From positions 355 through 64,354 of the forward strand of contig CAYLYM010000006.1 of assembly GCA_964387645.1 (NCBI GenBank): 64,000 nucleotides of DNA, written 5' to 3'. The notes below the pieces were generated by a model that saw only the letters and a program-made list of their open reading frames with translations, searched no databases and was not told where the DNA came from. A program made the translations under genes and the position numbers. Shown here one piece after another: positions 9,262 to 19,455 of the stretch. The number at the start of each line of letters is the position of its first letter. Position 1 is the first letter of the stretch. This DNA is from an uncultured Calditrichaceae bacterium. Its GTDB lineage: Bacteria; Calditrichota; Calditrichia; RBG-13-44-9.

Positions 9262-9936
9262 ATGGATTATAATTGGAGTGATTCTATGCAATTTATTGTT
9301 AATCATTCGGTTTATACGCCGGTGCGAATATTTTGTATTGGTCAGAATTATATAGCACACATTCGCGAATTGAAAAATGAAGTGCCAGATGAACCAGTTG
9401 TATTTCAGAAACCGTTTACCAGTTTAGTGCTACCCGGTGAAAAAGTTAAAATTCCGACCCACGGGAAAAATCTCCATCACGAAGTGGAAGTGGTTGTTCT
9501 TATTGGTAAAGAGGGAAAAGCTTATTCTGTAGATGAAGCTTCTTCTTTTGTAGCTGGTGTAAGTTTGGGATTAGATCTCACCTTAAGAGACGTTCAAACA
9601 GCCCTTCGTAAAAAAGGCTTGCCGTGGGAAGCGGCAAAAGCTTTTGAACAAAGTGCGCCAATTGGAGAATTTACACCTTTTGGAGATCACCTCGATTTAA
9701 AAAATATTTCATTTGAATGCCGGGTTAATGGTGAAGTTCGCCAAAAGGGAAATACAAGTAATATGATTTTTAGCATCGAGATGCTTATCTACAAAATGAG
9801 TAAGATTTGGAGATTTCGGCCGGGAGATGTGATTTACACTGGCACCCCTGAAGGTGTCGCACCGCTGAATCCCGGCGATAAAATCACCATCTTCAGCCCG
9901 GATATTGGTGAATTTGAGTGGGAAATCGTTTCATAA
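9262..9936 (+). CDS. Fumarylacetoacetate hydrolase (FAH) family protein (2-keto-4-pentenoate hydratase-like)
   Basis: IFCIGQNYIAHIRE...VVFQKP...HHEVEVVVLIGKEG...GTPEGV is a FAH-fold signature. ATG at 9262 is preferred over the upstream GTG. Confidence 0.75.
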   Translation: MDYNWSDSMQFIVNHSVYTPVRIFCIGQNYIAHIRELKNEVPDEPVVFQKPFTSLVLPGEKVKIPTHGKNLHHEVEVVVLIGKEGKAYSVDEASSFVAGVSLGLDLTLRDVQTALRKKGLPWEAAKAFEQSAPIGEFTPFGDHLDLKNISFECRVNGEVRQKGNTSNMIFSIEMLIYKMSKIWRFRPGDVIYTGTPEGVAPLNPGDKITIFSPDIGEFEWEIVS

Positions 9937-10140
9937 ATTTGGAATTATTTAATATTTATTTAAAAATATAAGTTAATGGAATATTAATACTCTGTAGAGA
10001 AATAGAGTTTTCGTTGAAAATTTTAAATGAGTATAAAATAATTTTTTTAATGATCCATATTAATTTAATAATAACCGAATACAGCCATTTGCTTAAAACA
10101 TTTAGTGCGTTTAATTTTTCAAAATAAAAAAATAAATAAA

Positions 10141-11043
10141 ATGAAAAAACATTTAACATTCATAATTTTCGTTGTACTTCTTTCTTTGAACATAGGAAAT
10201 ACACTCATGAAAAATGATTTAGTTCAACTTCAGCTTCTTTTGCCAGAACCCATCAACGGGTGGAGAATCACCGAAAAAGACCAGATGTATAATCCCAAAA
10301 ATTTATTTGATTACATAGATGGCGGAGCTGAATTATATCTTTCGTACGGGTTTCAACAGGTTGTTACGAGAACTTTCACCAAAACAGATGAACCTGATAT
10401 TATTGTGGATATATTTGATATGGGTTCGTCAGAGAGTGCTTTCGGTGTTTTCTCCCATTCCCGGGAAGTGATTGATACCACCTTCGGCCAGGGGTCACAG
10501 TATACAGCGGGGCTTCTTCTTTTCTGGAAAGATCGTTATTATGTCTCACTGATGGCCAGTTACGAGACAGAGCAAGCCAGGCAGACCATTTTTCAGATGG
10601 CCCACCAAATCGATGCAGCCATTCCGCAAAAGGGACAGATGCCAAAAATTTTAAGTTACCTTCCTCAAAAGAATCTGGTCCGGGAAAGTATTCGATTTTT
10701 CCGGCATCATGTCTGGCTGAATTCCCATTATTTCATTTCAGACGAAAATATCCTGCACATCAATCAAAACACTGCTGCGGTTCTTGCCAAATATCATTGT
10801 GCGGACCAAAAGTGTATTCTTTTGCTCATTCAATATCCCACCTTAAATGATGCCGAACGGGCATACAGAGATTTTATACGGATGTATTTACCTGAATTGC
10901 AGCATAGCCCTTCTGTTCAAATAGAGGACGGTACCTGGACAGCCTGTCAATTGAACGATCGACATCTAATTATTGTTTTTAATGCTCCGGATGAAAAGAT
11001 GGCTTTAGATTTAATTTTTAAGACCAAAAATAATTTGCAATAA
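10141..11043 (+). CDS. Secreted hypothetical protein (signal peptide MKKHLTFIIFVVLLSL)
   Basis: Long ORF with an N-terminal signal peptide. No recognisable catalytic motif. Confidence 0.5.
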   Translation: MKKHLTFIIFVVLLSLNIGNTLMKNDLVQLQLLLPEPINGWRITEKDQMYNPKNLFDYIDGGAELYLSYGFQQVVTRTFTKTDEPDIIVDIFDMGSSESAFGVFSHSREVIDTTFGQGSQYTAGLLLFWKDRYYVSLMASYETEQARQTIFQMAHQIDAAIPQKGQMPKILSYLPQKNLVRESIRFFRHHVWLNSHYFISDENILHINQNTAAVLAKYHCADQKCILLLIQYPTLNDAERAYRDFIRMYLPELQHSPSVQIEDGTWTACQLNDRHLIIVFNAPDEKMALDLIFKTKNNLQ

Positions 11044-11085
11044 TATATCAAGTAAAACAGCGCTCCCAGGACAAAGGAGGAGGCA

Positions 11086-12000
11086 ATGAAAAAAAATATT
11101 TTAACCCGTCGACAATTTTTAAAGGAAAGTACAACTGCTGCCCTCGTCGGTACTTTATATTTGAATGTTCCGAAAAAACTAAAAGCTGAAAATAATAAAA
11201 AAACCAGAGTGGTGTTAATTCGGAACCGGGATGTTATGAAGTGGACAAAAGATGGTAAGGTACAGTTGAATCGGCCACGCCAGGAAGTGGTGAAGGAGAT
11301 GCTCGACGAAGCGGTGAAAGTTTTACTAAATGAAAAGGATGCTGCTTCTGCCTGGAAAAAATTAATTCATCCTGATGATATCGTGGGTATTAAAACAAAT
11401 GTTTGGCGACAGTTACCCACAACCCGGGAAGTAGAGATTGCGATTAAGCAAGGTGTGCTTACTGCCGGAGTACCAGAAAACAATATTAGCATTGGCGATC
11501 GTGGAATACTGTACGATCCTATTTTCCAAAAAGCTACGGCTTTGATTAATGCCAGACCCATGCGTACTCATCACTGGGCCGGTGTTGGATCATTACTCAA
11601 AAATTACATTATGTTCATTGAGAATCCAAGCTCCTACCACCCGGATACTTGTGCAGATTTAGCTAAAATCTGGAAGTTACCACTTGTAAAAGGAAAAACT
11701 CGCTTAAACATTCTGGTTATGTTTACGCCACTTTTTCATGGAATTGGGCCACATCATTTCAATCCCAAATATGTCTGGCCCTATTGTGGATTGCTGGTAG
11801 GAACCGATCCCGTGGCAGTAGATGCGACCGGATTACGGATTTTGCTTGCCAGACGCAGGGAATTTTTCAAAGAAAATCGCCCAATTAATCCGCCTCCAAA
11901 ACATATCATCTTGGCGGATACCCGCTATGGCTTGGGTACTGCGGATCCGGATAATATAGAATTGGTTAAATTGGGCTGGCAGGAAGGAGCCCTAATTTAA
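11086..12000 (+). CDS. Tat-signal protein, tentatively DUF362-like
   Basis: RRQFLKESTTAALVG twin-arginine motif. IVGIKTNVW resembles the DUF362 IKPN-type motif. GGAGGAGG RBS. Confidence 0.45.
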   Translation: MKKNILTRRQFLKESTTAALVGTLYLNVPKKLKAENNKKTRVVLIRNRDVMKWTKDGKVQLNRPRQEVVKEMLDEAVKVLLNEKDAASAWKKLIHPDDIVGIKTNVWRQLPTTREVEIAIKQGVLTAGVPENNISIGDRGILYDPIFQKATALINARPMRTHHWAGVGSLLKNYIMFIENPSSYHPDTCADLAKIWKLPLVKGKTRLNILVMFTPLFHGIGPHHFNPKYVWPYCGLLVGTDPVAVDATGLRILLARRREFFKENRPINPPPKHIILADTRYGLGTADPDNIELVKLGWQEGALI

Positions 12001-12074
12001 TTTCTTTGTTCATAAATCTCTTGCGCTTCACACAAACATAGTTTTAACAAAAATAATGAAAGGAGGAGAGGGAT

Positions 12075-12665
12075 ATGGCAATCATTTTGCCCGAATTACC
12101 CTATTCAAAAGATGCTTTAGAACCCTATATTAGCGCTAAAACTTTAGAGTTTCATCACGGGAAGCATCATAATGCTTATGTGACAAATACCAACAAATTA
12201 ATCCAGGGTGCTGAATTCAAAAATGATGCATTGGAAACCATTATCAAAAAAGCTGCAGAAAATCCTTCGCTTACCGGGTTATTCAATAATGCTGCGCAGG
12301 CATGGAATCATGCTTTTTACTGGCAATGTATGAAACCTGGCGGCGGAAAACCGCAAGGGAAAATTGCCGATTTAATCAATGCCACTTTTGGCGATTATGA
12401 AAAATTTCTTGCTGAATTCAAAAATGCTGCCACTACACTTTTTGGAAGCGGCTGGGCATGGCTGGTTTTGAACGATAATAAGTTGGAAATCCTGAAAAGT
12501 GCCAATGCCGGTACCCCACTGGTGCATGATAAAAAACCTTTGTTAACTATAGATGTATGGGAACATGCTTATTATTTAGATTATCAGAATAGACGTCCCG
12601 ACTATGTAGCAGCATTTTTGGAAAATTTAGTAAATTGGGATTTTGTCAATCAGAATCTGGAATAA
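12075..12665 (+). CDS. Fe/Mn superoxide dismutase
   Basis: LPELPYSKDALEPYIS...EFHHGKHH...AQAWNHAFYWQCM...DVWEHAYYLDYQNRRPDY. RBS AAGGAGGAG. Confidence 0.9.
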   Translation: MAIILPELPYSKDALEPYISAKTLEFHHGKHHNAYVTNTNKLIQGAEFKNDALETIIKKAAENPSLTGLFNNAAQAWNHAFYWQCMKPGGGKPQGKIADLINATFGDYEKFLAEFKNAATTLFGSGWAWLVLNDNKLEILKSANAGTPLVHDKKPLLTIDVWEHAYYLDYQNRRPDYVAAFLENLVNWDFVNQNLE

Positions 12666-12887
12666 AAAATTATGAAGCACAAGAGATTTCTTTTTTCTTA
12701 TCTTTGAATTGAGTATGGTAATTTAATGACTGAAATTTATTGATATGATAAAAGTTCTATTTCTTTTTCTTTATTCCAGATGATTTATAATTTCTTTTTA
12801 TAGATCTTTAAAAAAATACATTGTGTAATACCTAATTCAAAAAATTAACTTTTAGAGACTTTAAGCTAACATTCAAGGGAGTTGCAA

Positions 12888-14690
12888 ATGAGGAAATTTT
12901 TAATATTCTGTATTTTCATGCTTTTGTTATCTCACGTCTGGGCTCAACATCCTGATCTTATCATTAATGTAGACGGAAGGCAAACTCACAGTTTAAATGG
13001 ACAGTGGAAAATCATTATCGATCCTTATGAGAATGGTTATTACGATTATCGTTATCAACCTTTGAAAAATGGATTTTTTAAGAATAGAAAACCGCGAAAT
13101 AAGACCGAAAGGGTTGAGTACAGTTTTGATAATTCTGATTTTTTAGAAGTTCCTGGCGATTGGAATACCCAGAAAGAAGAGTTAAAATGGTACGAAGGTA
13201 CCATCTGGTATCAAAGGTATTTTACTTATAAAAAGAAACCTAAAAAGCGGGTATTTATTTATTTTGGTGCAGCGAATTATCATGCCATTGTTTATGTTAA
13301 TGGAAAAAAGGTGGGTGAGCATATTGGTGGATTTACTCCGTTTAATTTCGAAATTACTGATCTAGTGAAAGAAGGTGAGAATTTTGTAGTTGTTAAAGTA
13401 GACAACACCCGTAAGCGCGATGCCGTCCCTACTCTCAATACGGATTGGTGGAATTATGGTGGTTTAACAAGGAGAGTTGAACTGGTAGAAGTGCCAGAGA
13501 CTTTTATTCGTGACTATTTTGTCCAGTTAAAAAAAGGTTCGACCAGGGAAGTGTCGGGTTGGGTTCAATTGGATGGACCGGATCTGGAACAGGAAGTTTC
13601 GATTAATATTCCTGAAGCGAAAGTCAAAAAAACTTTTACAACAAATGCTAATGGCTTTGTTGAATTTAGTTTTAAAGCCAAATTGAAGTTATGGTCACCA
13701 GAAACGCCAAAATTATATGATGTAGGAATTGCCTCAGAAACTGATCAGATTCAGGATCGGATTGGTTTCCGGAGTATAGAAACCAGAGGAAAGGATATTC
13801 TTTTGAATGGAAAACCGGTTTTCTTACGTGGCGTGTGCATCCATGAAGAAGCGCCAATTCGTTCTGGTAGAGCTTTTAATCCGACCGACGCCCGGGTATT
13901 GTTGGGTTGGGCAAAGGAAATGGGCTGTAATTTTGTAAGGCTGGCCCATTATCCACATAATGAATACATGACCCGAACTGCTGATGAATTGGGCATTTTA
14001 GTCTGGTCAGAGATTCCAGTCTACTGGACTATTCTATGGCAAAATCCCAAAACCTATAAAAATGCTCTTAACCAACTTACTGAAATGATCACGCGTGATA
14101 AAAATAAGGCATCTGTCATTTTGTGGTCAGTGGCGAATGAAACACCTTTGAGTGATGCGAGGTATCAATTCCTCTCTAACCTGATACAAGAGGGGCGGAA
14201 AATGGATCCAACCCGACTTTTCACCGCGGCAATGGAACGTCATTATATAGACGACAACACTCAGATGATTGATGATCCGTTGGGCAGTCAGTTAGATGTG
14301 TTGGGGTGCAATGAATATGTGGGTTGGTACGATGGGCTTCCAGAAAAGGCAGATCGTATCGTATGGAAGACGGTTTATAACAAACCACTTATTATGAGCG
14401 AGTTTGGAGGTGGGGCATTGTACGGTTATCACGGAGACAGTTTGACCATCTGGACTGAAGAATATCAGGAGAACCTTTATCGACACCAGATAAACATGTT
14501 GAAAAAGATTCCATTCTTACGCGGCACAACACCCTGGATTTTAATGGATTTCAAATCACCACGCCGACCACTACCAGAAATTCAGGATTATTATAATCGT
14601 AAAGGATTGATATCCAATCGCGGTCAAAAGAAAAAAGCATTCAAAGTGATGCAGGAATTTTATCAAGAACTTAAGGAAAAATGGGATTAA
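12888..14690 (+). CDS. Glycoside hydrolase family 2 enzyme (beta-glucuronidase/beta-galactosidase/beta-mannosidase-like), secreted
   Basis: Signal peptide MRKFLIFCIFMLLLSHVWA. GH2 sugar-binding and TIM-barrel motifs (WNYGGLTRRVEL, NEYVGWY, acid/base NE in WSVANE). Confidence 0.8.
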   Translation: MRKFLIFCIFMLLLSHVWAQHPDLIINVDGRQTHSLNGQWKIIIDPYENGYYDYRYQPLKNGFFKNRKPRNKTERVEYSFDNSDFLEVPGDWNTQKEELKWYEGTIWYQRYFTYKKKPKKRVFIYFGAANYHAIVYVNGKKVGEHIGGFTPFNFEITDLVKEGENFVVVKVDNTRKRDAVPTLNTDWWNYGGLTRRVELVEVPETFIRDYFVQLKKGSTREVSGWVQLDGPDLEQEVSINIPEAKVKKTFTTNANGFVEFSFKAKLKLWSPETPKLYDVGIASETDQIQDRIGFRSIETRGKDILLNGKPVFLRGVCIHEEAPIRSGRAFNPTDARVLLGWAKEMGCNFVRLAHYPHNEYMTRTADELGILVWSEIPVYWTILWQNPKTYKNALNQLTEMITRDKNKASVILWSVANETPLSDARYQFLSNLIQEGRKMDPTRLFTAAMERHYIDDNTQMIDDPLGSQLDVLGCNEYVGWYDGLPEKADRIVWKTVYNKPLIMSEFGGGALYGYHGDSLTIWTEEYQENLYRHQINMLKKIPFLRGTTPWILMDFKSPRRPLPEIQDYYNRKGLISNRGQKKKAFKVMQEFYQELKEKWD

Positions 14691-14780
14691 TTGTTTTCAA
14701 AGAATAAAACCGAATGGAATCCAATTAGATTCGGTTGAACAATATTAAATTTTTAAGCGAATTGATTGAGATTGGTTGTT

Positions 14781-14807
14781 GAGCCCCATTGGGGCTCAAT
14801 TTTTTTC
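14781..14807 (+). terminator. Rho-independent terminator (stem GAGCCCC/GGGGCTC, loop ATT, followed by a T-run)
   Basis: Seen directly 90 nt after the GH2 stop codon. Confidence 0.6.
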
Positions 14808-15123
14808 AGGCAATGCGGTCGGCGATGAGATTATTTATATTCTTTTGATTATTTTTTTATTTGGAAAGTATAAATGATAAAATATCCAGATTTTTCTGAT
14901 AGGGTGTCTTAGATTGTTTTTTTTAGATATCGAAAGATTAAATAGAGTGCTGACAGGTTGATTTTTATTTATTATTAAAAAACTTTAGTGTAGGACAACT
15001 ACAGACTCTTCACGGATCTGGTATCTGATTTCCATTGTTTTGTAGAACTGAATAATACAAATTAGATTAATAATTGTTGAATTGAACGTTATTCAATAAA
15101 TAGAGAAATAATTAGGAGTGTTT

Positions 15124-15924
15124 ATGTTGCGGATTGGTTATTATCAGTTCCGACCTTTGTTTGGGAAGGTGGAAAAAAACCGCGAGAAAATTTTTGCGAA
15201 ATTGAGATCAGTAAGAGCAGATCTTTTAGTATTACCGGAACTTCCTTTTACTGGTTATCATTTTGCTGATAAAGAGGAATTATTGCAGATGGCAGAAGAT
15301 CCTGAAGATAGCTCTACGCTCAGGGAATTGGTTGAAATCTGCGCAGAAAAAGATATGTTTATCGTAACAGGTTTTGCGGAAAAGCATGGAGATCGGGTTT
15401 ACAATTCCGCCTTTCTCGTTGGTCCGCAGGGTTTGCTTCATATTTACCGAAAGATTCACCTGTTTTTCCGGGAAAAAGAACTTTTCGTTCCTGGAGATAC
15501 GCCGTTGCGGGTGCAGGAGGTTAAGGGGGTGAAGATAGGAGTGATGATTTGCTTCGATTGGATATTCCCGGAAGTTACACGAAGTTTGGCGTTGCAAGGT
15601 GCACAGATCATCTGTCATCCAGCGAACCTTGTTTTAAGTTATTGCCAGCAGGCCATGCTAACCCGTTGTTTAGAAAACAATGTTTTTGCTATTACTGCTA
15701 ATCGCTTTGGCGCTGATAAAAGGCCTCATGGAACATTACGATTCACCGGAAAAAGCCAGATTGTAGCGCCAAAAGGTGAACTTCTGCATCGGTCAGTTTC
15801 GCAGAAAGAAGAACTGTTTGTGACTGAAATTGATCCCGGGGTTGCACTGGATAAAAAAATTACTCCAATGAACGATCTATTTACTGATCGTCGGGTGGAA
15901 TTTTATCAGAGTCTCTGCTCTTAG
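15124..15924 (+). CDS. Carbon-nitrogen hydrolase (nitrilase superfamily amidohydrolase)
   Basis: Glu-Lys-Cys triad context: LLVLPELPFTGYHF, RKIHLF, catalytic Cys in MICFDWIFPE. AGGAG RBS 5 nt before the ATG. Confidence 0.8.
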   Translation: MLRIGYYQFRPLFGKVEKNREKIFAKLRSVRADLLVLPELPFTGYHFADKEELLQMAEDPEDSSTLRELVEICAEKDMFIVTGFAEKHGDRVYNSAFLVGPQGLLHIYRKIHLFFREKELFVPGDTPLRVQEVKGVKIGVMICFDWIFPEVTRSLALQGAQIICHPANLVLSYCQQAMLTRCLENNVFAITANRFGADKRPHGTLRFTGKSQIVAPKGELLHRSVSQKEELFVTEIDPGVALDKKITPMNDLFTDRRVEFYQSLCS

Positions 15925-16032
15925 TGGGGTATTTTAAATTTTCGATTGTGTTTATCTCAAATGATGTGGAACCAGCTTTCTATAAAGATATTAAAAGCTT
16001 TGTAGCATAGTTTTAAAACAAGGAAAAATGAG

Positions 16033-17589
16033 ATGGCAAAAAATACTATCCTCTGGGTAGATGATGAGATAGAATTTTTACAACCACATATATTGTTTTT
16101 GAAAGAAAAGGGTTACGAGGTTATTACCACTACTAACGCCGATGATGCTATTGAAATGATTCGAAATGGTGTTTTTGACCTGGTTTTACTGGACGAAATG
16201 ATGCCTGGTAAAGATGGTTTAACTGCACTGGGTGAGATTAAGGAGCTGAATCCGGCCCTTCCGGTAATTATGATTACCAAAAATGAAGAAGAGACTCTGA
16301 TGGAAGATGCCATCGGTGCAAAAATAGATGATTATTTAACCAAGCCGGTGAATCCCAGTCAGATATTGATGGTATGTAAAAAGCATTTGGAATTTCACGA
16401 TATTTCACAGAAACGCTTGACGGAGGCTTCTTCACAAAAGATTCGGGAAATTGCTTTAAAATTGATGGAACCGCTAAATTTTAACGATTGGATTGACATT
16501 TACAGAAAATTGGTTGAATGGGACCTGGAGTTAGACCGGGTGAGCGATCAACAGATGCGCCAGGTTATTTACGATCAGCGTCGGGAATGTAATGTGGAAT
16601 TTGGAAAATTTATTGAAAGAAACTATATCGATTGGCTCCATCAAAAAGAAAATCGGCCAGAGTTGTCGATCGATATTGTGAAGAATTACGTTCTACCTGA
16701 AATGCAGGCGGGGAAAAAGGTAGTATTTGTCGTGATCGATTGTTTGCGTCTGGATCAATGGTTGACTTTAGAACCTTTCTTTTATCCATTCTTTAATATT
16801 TCAAAAACTTTTTATTACTCTATACTTCCCACGGCAACGCCTTTTTCACGTAATGCCATTTTTAGCGGGTTATTTCCATTGGAAATCGAGCGCCGTTATC
16901 CCGATATCTGGGCTCAGGGAGAAGATGATGATTACAGCCGCAACCGCTACGAGGACAAATTGCTTTACGATCAGTTACGTATTCTTGGTCTGAAACTTCA
17001 GTCATCTCCCGGATATATTAAAATTTTAAATTCGGAAGACGCCAAAAGTCTGGAAAAGAATTTGCCAGGTTATCTGGATTCATCATTATTGAGTATTGTA
17101 GTAAATTTTGTGGACATTTTGGCGCACAGCCGTTCGGATGTGCCTATTTTAAAAGAAATTGCTCCTGATGAATCTTCTTACCGCTCGCTGACTCGATCGT
17201 GGTTTGAACATTCTGCAATTTATAATGTCTTTAAGATTTTAGCCGATCAGAATGTGACTATTATTCTGACCAGCGATCATGGCAGTATTCGAAGTTTGAG
17301 GGGAACAAAAGTTATCGGTGATCGCGAAACCAGCACCAATTTGCGCTATAAATACGGGCGAAATTTGAAAGTAAATCCAAAACATGCCTTGTATATCAAG
17401 AACCCGAAAGATTTTAAATTACCTCAATCCAATTTCAATGTTAATTATATCATCGCTAAAGAAGATTACTATTTTGTTTATCCGACCAATTATCATAAAT
17501 ATCTGGCCTATTACCGCGATAGTTTTCAACATGGCGGGGTTTCGATGGAGGAAATGATTCTACCACTGGTGAAGTTGCAGCCTAAATAG
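16033..17589 (+). CDS. PorX-like response regulator: N-terminal CheY-like receiver fused to a PglZ (alkaline-phosphatase superfamily) effector domain
   Basis: REC motifs ILWVDDE...LVLLDEMMPGKDG...K. C-terminal PglZ-type metal-ligand motifs VFVVIDCLRLDQW and TSDHGS. Confidence 0.8.
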   Translation: MAKNTILWVDDEIEFLQPHILFLKEKGYEVITTTNADDAIEMIRNGVFDLVLLDEMMPGKDGLTALGEIKELNPALPVIMITKNEEETLMEDAIGAKIDDYLTKPVNPSQILMVCKKHLEFHDISQKRLTEASSQKIREIALKLMEPLNFNDWIDIYRKLVEWDLELDRVSDQQMRQVIYDQRRECNVEFGKFIERNYIDWLHQKENRPELSIDIVKNYVLPEMQAGKKVVFVVIDCLRLDQWLTLEPFFYPFFNISKTFYYSILPTATPFSRNAIFSGLFPLEIERRYPDIWAQGEDDDYSRNRYEDKLLYDQLRILGLKLQSSPGYIKILNSEDAKSLEKNLPGYLDSSLLSIVVNFVDILAHSRSDVPILKEIAPDESSYRSLTRSWFEHSAIYNVFKILADQNVTIILTSDHGSIRSLRGTKVIGDRETSTNLRYKYGRNLKVNPKHALYIKNPKDFKLPQSNFNVNYIIAKEDYYFVYPTNYHKYLAYYRDSFQHGGVSMEEMILPLVKLQPK

Positions 17590-17644
17590 AGGTTTAATTA
17601 TGGGCTTATATTTCTTTTCTGCTTTTTAGATAATGGAAATGGAT

Positions 17645-17680
17645 AATAAAAAATAAAAAATAAAAAATAAAAAATAAGAA
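17645..17680. repeat. Tandem heptamer repeat (ATAAAAA) x5 upstream of tsaE
   Basis: Sequence aataaaaaataaaaaataaaaaataaaaaataagaa read directly. Confidence 0.7.
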
Positions 17681-17693
17681 TGATTATTAGGGG

Positions 17694-18191
17694 ATGGCGT
17701 CAATTAGCGAAGAAAGATATTTAGAAAAAGAAGTATTAAATCCGGAAAAAACCCAAAAGATAGCCGAGCAGTTTGCCAGAGAACTCCATCCCGGCGATGT
17801 GGTGGCCTTTTATGGGGATTTGGGCACCGGGAAAACCTTCTTCATCAAAGCTCTTTGCCGGGCATTAGGGGTGGAACAGGAAGCCACTAGTCCTTCGTTT
17901 ACCATTATTAATGAATATCACACAAAAGAAGGTTTGTATATTTACCACTTTGATTTTTACCGAATCGAAAACGAGGCAGAATTAGTGAATCTTGGATTGG
18001 ATGAATTTTTTTATAATGATTATTTATGTTTTATTGAGTGGGCAGACAGGATAGAAAAAGAACTCCCTGAAAATTGCTGGAATGTTCATTTGGAATTCCT
18101 TAAAAATAAGCCTGAAGGGCGGAAAATTGTGATTAAAAAAAGGTATCATGATGAAAAAAGAAACAGTTTCTATTCTCGGTATCGAAAGTAG
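17694..18191 (+). CDS. tsaE: tRNA threonylcarbamoyladenosine biosynthesis ATPase TsaE (YjeE)
   Basis: P-loop GDLGTGKTFFIKALCRALG typical of TsaE. Size about 165 aa. Confidence 0.85.
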   Translation: MASISEERYLEKEVLNPEKTQKIAEQFARELHPGDVVAFYGDLGTGKTFFIKALCRALGVEQEATSPSFTIINEYHTKEGLYIYHFDFYRIENEAELVNLGLDEFFYNDYLCFIEWADRIEKELPENCWNVHLEFLKNKPEGRKIVIKKRYHDEKRNSFYSRYRK

Positions 18192-18837
18192 TGGCGCGAC
18201 ATCAAGTATTTCACTTTCCAGAGATGGAGAGTTGATCGGGGAATTTTCTCTGGTAATAAAGAATATTCATTCCCGACTTTTGTCTGTAATAATTCAACAG
18301 ATAATAGAATTAACCAGCATTCAATATCGTGATCTTTCGGCAATTGCCTTGTCCGCCGGGCCTGGATCTTTTACAGGCTTACGCATAGGCTACAGTCTGG
18401 CAAAAGGTCTGGCTCATGCCCTGAACTTACCTGTTGTTGAAGTGCCAACCTTGGATATCTTTGCTTATCAACAGGGTCAAACAGATTATCCAGTAGTGTC
18501 CCTCATTGATGCCCATCGAGGTGAAGTGTTTTTGTCTACTTATTGTTGGGAAAATAATCAGCTAAATCAGAAAACAGATAGTCAAATTCTTCCACTTGAA
18601 AAGATTTCCAATTTAGTAAAAGAATCTGCATTATTTGTTGGACCTGATGTTTTGAAATTTAAAAAGATTATTGAAGAATGTTGTGGCACCCGGGCTATTT
18701 TCCCCTTCCCTTTTAATTCCAGACCAGAAGCCAGAGCATTACAGGAATTGGCCTACCGAAAATATTTGTCTGGTGAAACAGTTTCTGCCCGTGATTGTGA
18801 ACCTAAGTATATGCGTCCTTTTAAAGGGATCATGTGA
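18148..18837 (+). CDS. tsaB: tRNA threonylcarbamoyladenosine biosynthesis protein TsaB (YeaZ)
   Basis: ILGIESSGATSSISL N-terminus and ASKH-fold glycine motifs. 44 nt overlap with tsaE. Confidence 0.85.
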   Translation: MMKKETVSILGIESSGATSSISLSRDGELIGEFSLVIKNIHSRLLSVIIQQIIELTSIQYRDLSAIALSAGPGSFTGLRIGYSLAKGLAHALNLPVVEVPTLDIFAYQQGQTDYPVVSLIDAHRGEVFLSTYCWENNQLNQKTDSQILPLEKISNLVKESALFVGPDVLKFKKIIEECCGTRAIFPFPFNSRPEARALQELAYRKYLSGETVSARDCEPKYMRPFKGIM

Positions 18838-19289
18838 TGAAAATTCGAAGAATGACTGAAAAAGACCTTGATGTTGTTACTAAATTAGAACGACGATTAT
18901 TTCCCGATCCCTGGTCTCGTAGCAGTTTCGAATTCGAAATTCATCAGAATATATATTCTTTTCCCATGGTTCTGGAGCAGAAAGGTCAAATTATAGGATA
19001 TGCTATCATCTGGAAAATCTACGAGGAATTCCATATTGCTAATCTGGCTATTCATCCAGATTTTCAGGGAAGAAAATTAGGCAGTTATTTTTTAGATCAA
19101 ATTCTTAAAATGAAAGGCGATTGCCGCTATGCTCTTTTGGAGGTTCGGGAGAGTAATAAACGGGCCATTCATTTATATGAGAAATTCGGATTTAAGACAA
19201 TTATGAAACGTCCAAAATATTATCGGAATGGTGAAACGGCACTGGTTATGCAGAAATTATTCTTAGATGAAAATAACGGGACAAAGTAA
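18834..19289 (+). CDS. rimI: Ribosomal-protein-alanine N-acetyltransferase RimI (GNAT)
   Basis: GNAT motif A QGRKLGSYFL. ATGA start/stop overlap with tsaB. Forms the conserved tsaE-tsaB-rimI cluster. Confidence 0.8.
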   Translation: MMKIRRMTEKDLDVVTKLERRLFPDPWSRSSFEFEIHQNIYSFPMVLEQKGQIIGYAIIWKIYEEFHIANLAIHPDFQGRKLGSYFLDQILKMKGDCRYALLEVRESNKRAIHLYEKFGFKTIMKRPKYYRNGETALVMQKLFLDENNGTK

Positions 19290-19455
19290 GAGTTATTTGA
19301 ACAAAATTTTCATTCTAATTTGTTAGATCGAGAGGGAATGACTTTTTCTTTATTTTAATTTATGACAAAAAATCATTTTTATTATTAAAGAAAAACAAAC
19401 ATTTTGAATTTGGCAGCTTTTCTTATTAATTTCGTCAAACTTGAGGGGGATTTGT

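Noticed and set aside
18671-18859. 62-aa ORF overlapping tsaB 3' end
   Set aside because: Alternate frame of a conserved gene, no motif.
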